Positions 16,747-27,604 of a DNA stretch of 64,000 nucleotides are shown here, piece by piece. The stretch lies in the NCBI RefSeq assembly GCF_009914755.1, contig NC_060947.1. One strand, 5' to 3'. The translations under genes were made by a program, and so were the position numbers. The stretch is from the human T2T-CHM13v2.0 reference genome, Homo sapiens. The stretch's first letter is position 1. Each line of letters begins with the position of its first letter. Under the pieces are notes generated by a model. The model was not told the origin of the DNA, ran no database searches, and worked only from the letters and a program-made list of their open reading frames with translations.

Positions 16747-17154
16747 TTAAAGAAACATTATTATCACCTCCCATTATGATAGTGGATTTTTCGATTTATC
16801 CTGAAATTTTGTCTATTTTTACTTCCTATGTTTTATGCTATGCAGTAAGGTATGTAAGTTTAGAATTATCACTATTTTTTCTGTAAATTACATCTTACAT
16901 TTTAATAATTTGATGCTCTTTTATTTCCACTAATATATTTTAATTAATGTGTAGTTTGGCTAATATTAACATAGCTGTATTTATTTTTTTAGATTAATAT
17001 TTTCCTTGTGTAACTCTTTTCTCATCCATCTACTTTTAAACCTTCTGTATCCTTATGTTCTTTTACAGAAGCCCTTGTGTGTGGTTCTCTAAAAGAGCTC
17101 CATATGAACTGAATATTTTTTCTTTTAAGTAGAGTAGTTACACCTTTTACATTT

Positions 17155-17495
17155 ATAGTATGTCACTTAATAATAAGAATAAATTCTGAGAAATGTTATC
17201 TTTAGGCAATTTTACTGTATGAACATAAAAGATGGTACTTACATAAACCTAGATGTTATAGCTTGCTATACACCTAGGCTATATGGCATAGCCTACTGCT
17301 TCTAAGCTACAAACTTGTATAGCATGTTACTAAACTGGATACTGTAGTCAGTTGTCACATAATGGTAAGTATTCGTGCTTCTATACATATCTAAACACAG
17401 AAATACAGTAAAAATACAGTATTATAATTTTATAGGAACATTCTGGTATATGTATTTCATCATTGACTAAAATGTTGTTATGTGGTACATAACTG
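17155..17495 (-). mobile_element. Tigger3a (MER7A) MITE
   Basis: ACCTAGATGTTATAGC...CACCTAGGCTATATGGCATAGCCTA; ends ATAACTG. Confidence 0.85.
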
Positions 17496-18601
17496 CACAT
17501 TATTTACATATGAGTATATATCTACCATAAAATTTTATACTTTGTCTTCCTTTTACTGTTCATTTTCTCTCTTTTTAGATTTAGTAATTTTCATTACTTT
17601 TTTCTTACTAGCTTACATCCTATTTTCTTCTTCTATTCTTTAGTGGTTACCTTAGAATTTTTTAAATGTTTATTTAAATTATTAATATAAAAATTATATT
17701 TCTTTACCCTCCTGATCAGTAACAAGTCCTAAAAACTCCTTAGTTATGATAATGCCTAACATATATATTTTGATTTTATGTATTTTAATTATATTTCATT
17801 TGCTGATCCCCTTAGAAAAGACTTGAAAAATACCATTATTTTAATTTCAGTCAGTTTTATTTTCAATTTCATGTAGATTTACCCTCATAATATTTACTTG
17901 GGATTATTTCTCTTTTGTCTAAAACTGCATTCCTTAAAATTTCCTATAGAATCTTTTGTTTGCAAATTATCTATTTTGTGTCTACAACTATCTTTATTTC
18001 CCCTTGTTTCTGAGAGAGTTTCATTGAACATGCAAATTTAGCTTAGTTATTTCCTCACAGCACATGGAAAACATTATTCTAAAATCTTCTGGCTTTCATA
18101 TTTGCTGTTGAGAAGTTAGCTATGTCTTTTTTTTAATGATCTGTCTTTTTTTGACTGCTTTTAAGATGCTCTATTTTTTGTGAGGAAGGTGGGTGTTCTG
18201 CAGTTTCACTCTGCTGTCTAGTTTCTAGTTTTATATTTCCTTTAATAATTTTATTTATATTTTGATAAAGTAGAAATTACAGTTTAATTAATCCCCATAC
18301 ATACACCTCATCCCATTACAGTATGTATCTACTCACAGTTAATCTTGTTTTATCTATAATTATAGCCATCTCTACTCCTGAATCCTCAGATTATTTTGAA
18401 GTAAATTCCAGGTATTGTTTTTTCCAAGAAAAAATTAAGAAGTATCTCTAAGAGATAAAAACTCTTTTATAAAAACATAACCATGTTAGCATTTTCATAC
18501 CCCCAAATTTTAATAATAACTTCTTAATATGATTATATATACAATCATAGTAAGAGTTATTCAGATAGTCTTTGAAATGTGCATTTTTCTCTTTTAAACT
18601 A

Positions 18602-19019
18602 TGTGTTAGCCCATTCTTGCATTGCTATAAAGAAATATCTGAGTCTGGGTAATATATAAAGAAAAGAGTTTTAATTGGCTCACTGTTCTGTAGGCTGTAC
18701 AAGCATGGCTCCAGCATCTGCTTCTGGTGAGGGTCTCAGGAAGCTTACAATCATGGTGGAAGGCAAAGGAAGAGCAGGTGGTATCACATGGCAAAAGCAG
18801 GAGTGAGAGAGATGGGAGAAGGTGAAACATTTTTTTAAATAACCAGATCTCATATGAATTCATTGAGGAAGAACTCACTCATCACCAAGGGGATAGTGCT
18901 AAGCCATTCATAAGGGATCAGCCTCCATGATGCAACACCTCTCACTAGGCCCCACCTCCAATACTAGAGGTCACATTTCAACATCAGATTTGGAGGGGAC
19001 AAATATTCAAACCATATTA
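18602..19019 (-). mobile_element. MSTA/MSTB solo LTR
   Basis: CTTGCATTGCTATAAAGAAATATCTGAG...AGGCCCCACCTCCAA...AAACCATAT. Confidence 0.9.
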
Positions 19020-19946
19020 ACCTGTTTGTTTGAATCAGCATCAAATAACATTCATTATAATTGGTTAATATATTTTTAAGTCTCTTTTAAGTCTCTTCAT
19101 CTATATACTTTGCTTTTTCATACAATTTACATTTTTTTCTATAGACTGAATTCTGCAGATGCGTTGTATATTTTCTTTAATTACCATGCTTGGGACTCAT
19201 TAGAATATCTGAATCTGTAGAAGATTGTCTTTTATCAGTTTGGGGAAAATATCAGTAATTGTCTCTTTACATATTGCCTTTGCTTCATTCTCCCTTTCCT
19301 CTCCTTCTAAAATTCTGATATTTGTATACTAATATCCATCTTTCTTAACCTCTTATCCTTCCAAAAACTGTTTTGGGATTGATTCTTCCATGCATCTTGG
19401 AGCATTTCCAATTAGGAACAATTTTAATTAAACTCTAAACATGATGTTCTTTGGACCACTCCGGTAGTACAAAATGTAGGCTGCAAAGCCATATGAGGGC
19501 AACGTTATTGCTATAAATTATCAAGGGAAATGTAGTTTTTTTTCTTCTACTTAGCATGATTGTTCAAAACCAGCAAGTTCACTTTCTAGTCCCCTGAATG
19601 TATATGTTTACTTCTTGTTCACACTTAATACTAAGGGTAAAACACTTGTGAGCTCCAACTTTATTTGGTGAGGGAAGGCTTATTCTATTAGACTCTGAAT
19701 TGTGGGTGGTCTTTGGGATTTTTTTCCTGTACCACTTTACCTGTGAGTTGGTGAAAACTGAAGCACAAGGTTATCTGGTATGGAAAGTATCTTAAGAGCA
19801 GACCAATATTTTTCTGCTTTTAATTAAGTTTTAGAATTTTAATATTTTCACTTTCCTACCAGCTAATGGATGAATTTATAATGTTTTTAAAAAGCATATT
19901 TCATTCAGTATGTTTATTTATTTCCAGGACAAAATAGGTCAGAAGG

Positions 19947-19947
<1 letters not shown>

Positions 19948-19986
<39 letters not shown>
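19948..19986. repeat. (TG)n microsatellite
   Basis: About 19 perfect TG units. Confidence 0.98.
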
Positions 19987-19989
<3 letters not shown>

Positions 19990-22074
19990 TATACCTCTTT
20001 TTTTGGTGGCTTCTTTAATCACTCAGGTGCAAAATCTGCGGCTCCAGTTCTCTAGCATTTAATTCTCTGCTATATAAGAACAAACAAAATGAGATAAACT
20101 TATTTTACAGTTTTACCTTAATCTCTTTGTTATCATCCTTAGTGGCAGTTAGTTCATTTGTTCATCTATAATACATTTGTCAAGTTTATGTAATGAAATT
20201 TATACTTTTTAAAAAGATTTATATATTGCTTCATTAGATTTCTCACATTAACTGGTTATGAAATCTTAGATGAGTAACTCAACCTTTGTGAGCTTTTTCT
20301 TCTTGTGTAAAGTGGAAGTGTTAATCCTACCTGACAACCTAGTGAAGAACAAATGATAATGAGATAATATATGTGAACATGTTTTGAAATTCAATGTAAT
20401 GCTTGATAATGAAAGATGTTAATATTACTAAACAGAACACCTTTTTATCATAACTTGGGCACCCTATTTAACAGTGTTCACTTTTTGTATTAAATAGCTT
20501 GAACTGACATTTTAAAAATCAGTGATAGTTAACTTTTCTTTTGCCTCAATGCTCCTGTATTCTTGTCTATATAAATGTCTTTATAGTACCATTTCACATG
20601 AAATGATCAATAATTTTTATGAGAATTTTACAACTAAGTCTAAGCTGCTGTATTTGAATACATCTCACAAAGTAAAAAATGATAATTACCTTTTACAAGC
20701 ATATGAAGACCAAATACTTAACCTGTGTATTCTTTACTGTTTATACTATTATTTGCAAATTTTTAAATTCTAGGTTAGATTTCTGGATCTCTAATTCACC
20801 TATGACATACAATGAGTTTCCTTGGGGTGTATTAATGGATATATTCATATATCAATCTGAAAATATAATCTTATAAATTAAATTACCACATTGCATAGTG
20901 ATTCCAATACCCACATATGCTCATCTTGACAGATTACTTAAAGTGTTTTCTAAGAATATGGCAAATTCCTAATTAAGTACACAACTTTCTTTACAGAGCA
21001 AAACTGATAACTTGATGAAGCAAAAAGGAAGACTATGACAATTATAAGTGTGACCAAATTATATTATGTGCTGATTGTGCCATACATAACAAGCATTCAT
21101 AAAAATATCAGCTTAAACCAAAATAAAAATTCAAGGCTGGCTCTCTTCATTGTGTTTCTGCTCTCAAAATATTGTACCCACAAGATGATTTATCATTTCA
21201 AATAACTCTACTTCTGACCCTAAGTATTTGAAAAGGTAAATGCAATTATGAAGTCTACAAGTACAATTCTGAAGTCTACTAATACTAGAAAATTATCAGA
21301 TATCTAATGAATCAAATATATCTTTTAGAAGTGACAATATATCAATATTTACCATGATTCTTTACTGAGCTCAAATCATACATGTTAAGAAAAGCAGAAA
21401 CACAGTTGATTTATCTACATCATAGTAGTTAAACACATCAAATGAATGTTATAAATCTTTAAAAAGTAAGCATAGCTTCAAGATATAAGGTTAAAGAAAA
21501 TAAAAATGAAGAGAATTTCGTTGCATTTGAACATGATTTGAAAGGTGAGCACTTTTACTCAATCCTGTTTTTGATGATGGTTTGATCAATAAGGTCCTTA
21601 ATGCAGGTAAAAAAAAAGAGCTCCTGTTTTTAAAAATGTATGGCCTCAATTAATACAGTTTGATTCAATTTATTTCAATACATTTATTGAGACTTTACTA
21701 GGTCTAGTGGACCATTGTAGGAGTTAAGAGTTCTCCAAAGATGAACAAGAGGCAATTCTTATCCTCCAAGGGTTCTAAACTAGTATAGGAGTCAGACATG
21801 TATACACATAAATCTAATGAACATAATAGAGGAATAATATGCCATAGGAATACAGTAGAAGGATAAATTAGTTTTGATTGAAGTTGTCAGTTTTCATCTT
21901 GAAATCAGCAGTGACTAATATAACCTTATCTCTATGTGGTATAAAAGCAGTCAAGGCCAAATATTTTAAACTGGAAACACAACATTCCTGCAAAGTATTT
22001 TCTCATTTATAGTTATTGTGTATGTGTCATAAAGCATTATCTAAGATACCCTGCAATCTTTATACATCCCAGTA

Positions 22075-22355
22075 GGTAAAAAAATTATAGAATAAAGCTA
22101 GATGGAATAAGATCTAGTGTTGAGTAGCACAAATAGGACAACTATAATAAAGAAAAATTTATTTTGTATTTCAAAATAACCAGGAGAATGGAATTGAAAT
22201 GTTTCTAACACAAATAAATGGTAAATGCTTGAAGTGATGAATACCCCAATTACCCTGATTTGATCATTACACAATGTTTGCTTGTATCAAAATATCACAT
22301 GTACCTGACAAATATGTAAAACTATTGTATATCCATAATATTTTTTAAAAGAATA
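22075..22355 (+). mobile_element. L1MA 3' end fragment
   Basis: AATAAGATCTAGTGTT...TACCCTGATTTGATCATTACAC...ATCAAAATATCACATGTACC. Confidence 0.85.
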
Positions 22356-22464
22356 AAATATGAAAGAAAAGCACTAGTTCCCAGTTGTGGAATGCCAGAT
22401 GAGAGAGACGAATATCTTCATTATAGAAATTCAAGCATGTTGTCATTTAATTTGTATTTCTAGA

Positions 22465-22625
22465 AATTTAGACATAGAAGGAAACTTAAAGGTCCTGTAG
22501 TCAATCTCCTCATTCTATGAATGAGGAACTGAGACCCAGAGAGGTGAACTGGTTTGGTGAAAGTCAAACAGTGGGTTAGTGGAAGAGCTGGGTTGAGTAT
22601 TCTAAGTTTAGTGCTGCCCACCAAG
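22465..22625. mobile_element. MIR fragment (donor of the copy inside Tigger3b)
   Basis: ATGAGGAACTGAGACCCAGAGAGGTGAA core. Confidence 0.8.
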
Positions 22626-23305
22626 CTGTTTCAGAAGAGTAGGGTAAGTGTGTTAATGAAATAATTTAATAGATTTCACAATTAATTTTAAAGAAAAAAA
22701 TGACATACTGTTTAACATAAATGAATTATCAACATTTAACCCATATGTTAGAGTTTATGGAGCTGAAAAGTAAAATTCTGAGACAGTGTCAAAATATTAT
22801 CTGGGGGTTGTCATGGCAACTTTTTAGGAAGTGTTTTTGAAAAATCACTGTAGAGTTTTGTAATATGTACTGGCAAGTGCCTGATTAAACTGTCAGAATA
22901 AATTTAGTTGAAGAAAATCTATAGAACTTGAGTTTCTGAAAAACCTGTAAAGGAATCCACATTTTTAAATTTTGTTATCTTCATCTAACCCTACAATTAA
23001 ATAATATATATTTATTTAAATATTTAGACATTTATAGTTTCTGAATTAGAATGGCAAACACCTTGTAAAGCACAAGAAAATTATATGTTTAAATGTTAAA
23101 TTTGCAAAACAAGATGATTTTATGTCTAGATTACTCAGAAGCAGTTATCAAGGCAGACAAGAGGTCATCTCTCACGAAACTTACATCATAATGAAGAGAA
23201 ATAGGCAATAAGCAAACAAGCAAAAATATATAAGATAGTGATAAATTACTCAAAGAATTAAAATATGTTGCTAAAGATTGTGGATATTTTGCTTTGGAGG
23301 GATGG

Positions 23306-24394
23306 TCAGAAATAAGTTTCTTTAAGAAAAGTAGTATTTCCATTGAGATCTGAATGACAAAAAGAATGCAAATCTACAAAGATCAGAAGAAAGCAGCAAA
23401 GACAGAAGTGATTTTGCTGGGAACGCTATCATCTTGAAAGTGCTTCAGATAAATTAAAATGAGAAGGAAATAGTGTCACGTGCTTCATACCTGATGGTAT
23501 TTCTTTCTCATTTTAATTGATGATTTAGTCAATGACAGACCACACATAAGATGGTAGCCCTGTAAGATTATAATGGAGCTGAAAAATTCCTATTCCCTAG
23601 TGATCTAAAGAGGTCAATTGGCTTAGTGAAAGTCACACAGAGTGGCAGAGCTGGGTTTAGTATTCTGTTTGGTGATGGTGTAACTTTGTAGCACAATGCA
23701 TTGCTCACATGGTCGTGGTGATGCTAGTGTAAAAAAATCCATTGTGCTGTCACATAAAAGGATAGCATATACAATTATATCATATTACAATTATATGATA
23801 ATACAATTATATTATGATCAAGTATTATGTATTACATATATATTACAATTATCATTATATATTACAATTATATATTATATTATATATTACAATTATCATA
23901 TAATTGTAATATGATATAATTGTATATGCTATCCTTTTATGTGACAGCACAATGGATTTTTTTACACTAGCATCACCACGACCATGTGAGTAATGCATTG
24001 TGCTACAAAGTTACACCACCACCAAACAGAATACTAAACCCACCTCTGCCATTAATCCACTGTGTGACTTTCACTAAGCCAATTGACCTCTTTAGATCAC
24101 TAAGGAATAGGAATTTTTCAGCTCCATTATAATCTTACGGGGCTACCATCTCATGTGTGGTCTGTCATTGACTAAATCATCAATCAAAATGAGAAAGAAA
24201 TACAGTCAGGTATGAAGCATGTGACAGTATTTCTTTCTCATTTTAATTTATCTGAAGCACTTTCAAGATGATAGCGTTCCCAGCAAAATCACTTCTGTCT
24301 TTGCTGCTTTCTTCTAATCTTTGTAGAACTGCATTCTTCTTGTCATTCAGATCTCAACGGAAATACTACTTTTCTTAAAGAAACTTATTTCTGA
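23306..24394. repeat. Long inverted repeat: arms 23306-23802 and 23892-24394, 89-bp AT-rich spacer
   Basis: Hand alignment of left arm to reverse complement of right arm: about 18 substitutions and one 6-bp indel. Confidence 0.98.
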
Positions 24395-25499
24395 TCAAGT
24401 ACGTAATACTTGATCATAATAATAAATGACTATGTTAGTGGTTTATGTATTTACTATACTATACATTTTATTGTTATTTTAGAGTGTATTCCTTCTACTT
24501 ATAAAGAATAAAAGTTAACTGTAAAATGGCCTCAGGCATGTCCTTCAGGAGGTATTCCAGAAGAAGGCACTGTTATCATAGGAGATGACAGTTCTATGTG
24601 TGTTATTATTCCTGAAGACCTTCCAGTGGGACAAGGCATGACAGTGGAAGACAGTGAAACTGGTGATCATCACTCTGTAGGCCTAGGCTAATGTGTGTGT
24701 TGGTGTCTCAGTTTCTAAAACAAAAGTTTGAAAAATATTAATAGTAATATTTTTTAAATGGAAGAAAGCATATAGGATAAGGAAATAATAAAGAAATTAT
24801 TTGTGTACCGTTGTATAATGTGTGTGTTGACCCATTTTTGCCTGGTGTTCCATTATTGGAACGCTAAGCATGTAAAAGTTATTTATATCTTACTGCTCAA
24901 GGTCATTGCCAAGGTCTGATTGCAAAAATTCAAAAAATTGCAACCTCAGGCGTCAATGAGTTTTAAGCTATGTGTTATTATAAAAGAGTCAAAAATTTTT
25001 TTAAAAAAACTGTGTAAAGTAAAAGAGTTATAGTAAACTAAGGCTAATTTATTTTTTCAGAAAATTTAAAAAAATAAATTTAGTGTAGCCAAAGTGTATG
25101 GTATTTATAAAGTCTACAGTAGTATACTGTAATATCGTAGGCCTTGGCATTCACTCACCACTCACTCATTGGTTCACCTGGAGCAATTTCTTGCTAACTC
25201 TTTTCAGTGTAAGTGCCCTATAAAGGCATACCCCATTTATATCATATTCTTACTGTACCTTTTCTAGGTTTAGATATGTTTAGCTACACAAATACTTGCC
25301 ATTGTGTTATGGTTACCTACAGGATTCAGTACAGTAACATGCTGTATAGGTTTGTAACCTAAGAACAACAGGCTACACCATATGGCCTAATTATGTAGTA
25401 GGCTATACCATCTAGGTTTGTACCTTCTATGATGTTAGACAATGATGAAACCGCCTAAGGATTTATTTCTCAGAATGTATTGTCATCTTTATGTGACTG
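23473..25499 (+). mobile_element. Tigger3b (Golem/MER7) DNA transposon, rearranged
   Basis: AAGATTATAATGGAGCTGAAAAATTCCTA; resumes at ~24398 AGTACGTAATACTTGAT; GTCCTTCAGGAGGTATTCCAGAAGAAGGCA; ends ATGTGACTG. Confidence 0.9.
24831..24960 (+). mobile_element. MER85 piggyBac MITE (PGBD3-derived) nested in Tigger3b
   Basis: TIRs CCCATTTTTGCCT / AGGCGTCAATGAG, internal palindrome GTTCCATTATTGGAAC (24847-24862), degenerate TTAA sites. Confidence 0.93.
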
Positions 25500-26114
25500 C
25501 ATAAGCAGTGCAATATGGTTACAAATGTGCATATTTGAATACACACCATCTAAGAAAAAGCTCTCTTTCGTCAGAGTGTGTTAGAATTAGTTAGCTGTTG
25601 AATATCCACAAAGTGTCATCATTGGTCAATATGCCTTTAGAACTAAAAATTATAATATATAAACTAACATTTGATGACAAGAAGCCAGACTATTTTAAAC
25701 TGAGGCTTAATTTTCTCAGAAAACCAAAAGATATGGTTACTATATACATATTCCTATGAAGTACTTATTTTATTAATGAGCTGTAAGAAGTAGTTTTAGA
25801 AAGAAAATAAAATGTTCTAGTTGAGAATTTCTCAATATTGAATACATAGGATTTATATGCATACTAAAGATATTGAAACACTTATAGTTTAAAATAGTTT
25901 TTTTAATTTAAATGCAGGAATACTCAGTCTTTGTTAAATATAGTTGACCTTTTGAAACCTACAAATTTTCAGGTCTGACCCATCAAATTAACATCCTCCA
26001 AAACAGTGTTATATGGAATCTCAGATTAGCTGATACTCATATAGTCCAGCTATTTCACTTAGCAGAATGGTAAAGAAGATGCACAGAACTTAGCTCACTT
26101 CACCTCTTAGCAGC

Positions 26115-26708
26115 TGTATTAGTTTCCTATTGCTGCTTTAACAAATTAGAAACTTAAAGCAGTACCTATTCCTATTTATTTTCTCACCGTCTCTATAGGT
26201 CAGAAGCCCAGGTGGGATCAACGGAGTTATCTTGTTAGTGTCAAGACTGAAATATATATGTCAACAGTCTGGGCTCTTCTCTAAAGCCTAAGGAGAAAAA
26301 AATAAATATTTTCAAGTCCATTCAGTTTGTTGGCAGAATTCATTTCCTTTGTCTGTAGAATTGAGGTACTTGTGGCTACCAGCTGGGGTTGGCCATCTGC
26401 TCTTAGAAGCTGCACACATTCCTTCTAATGCGGTCTCCATCTTCAAGCAGCAGAGGCACATCAAGTTCTTTAATGCTTTGAGTCTTCCTAACCTCCTCTT
26501 CTGCCAGAGAAAGCTACCTGTGCTTAAGGGTTTGTGTCCACCATTTCATTGGACCATCTGGATAATCATGGATACTCTCCCTATCTCAAGGTCAGCTGTG
26601 CCATATAACATACATAATTACAGGAGTGATGTCTCATCATATCCAGATGTTTTAGAGATTAGAGTAAAACATCTTTAGGAGGACATTTTAGAAATCCTGC
26701 CTATCACA
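26115..26708 (-). mobile_element. MLT1D/E-type solo LTR
   Basis: TGTATTAGTTTCCTATTGCTGC...CTGCCTATCACA; TSD GCAGC/GAAGC. Confidence 0.8.
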
Positions 26709-27604
26709 GAAGCAGATCTGAAACAAGAATCAAAATCTTTTTACTGTAGATTCAGTATTTTCTCCTATCCTGTTTAAAATCAGTAACTGGGTTTCCATAA
26801 ATATTTAAGTCATTGAATTGATGTGGAAAACATAATTTATGTTATATTTAGTGTATTCTTAATATTTGTATATTTAATGTGAAGAAGAGTTATGATTGAC
26901 ATGTTTTCTCTCAAAGATCCTTGTTCTTTTATTATAAAGAGATTTCTAAACAGATTATCCATTTGTCATTTTCAATAATCACATTTCATTTTCCTTTTTT
27001 AATTAAAAGAAAATTAGATGGCATATTACTTGTATTACTGTAACAAAAGGCAAATCCAATAATAACAGCAATGCATTTTATTCCTTTGTAGGCATGAAAA
27101 TTTAAAGTAATTAGTTTCTTTATTTGAACCAATAGAATTGCTAATGGATTAATTATCATGGAATAAAAAGTAACACACTATAAGTGTTAATTAAACACCC
27201 AGATGATGTTCAGTGATTATTTTCCAGACCACATTAACTGTTATAATTCTCTTAATTAACAGTATTATTTTTGCATATAGTCTTGCAGTCATTGTGAATT
27301 ATTTCTTTGATTAAAAATAATAACAAAGTTTTTATTAGAGGTATGACAATTTTCTAAAGTGAAAAACATCTTCTACCAAGGAAGCTGAAGGATAATTTTA
27401 CTAATATACAAACATAATTCTCAGTCTCAAAGTAAAGTGTAGTGAACATCTCATCGTTTTTTTGGTCTAGAATTACTTTCACTTTTTTCTGATAAATTCA
27501 ACCTCATTCTTTTGAGGAGCTACCTCTTTTCCACTCTGTGGTTCTAATGGTGTTTACAAAATATAACCCAATCCCCTGGTCATAAGCATGACTACCTGTA
27601 CCAC

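Noticed and set aside
23306-24394. Palindrome as an assembly artefact or a novel giant-TIR transposon
   Set aside because: Arms differ at about 18 sites plus an indel, no TSD was found, and the right end rejoins Tigger internal sequence
17155-25499. Inverted homology between 17155-17495 and the Tigger3b ends
   Set aside because: Two independent Tigger3-family insertions, diverged and several kb apart
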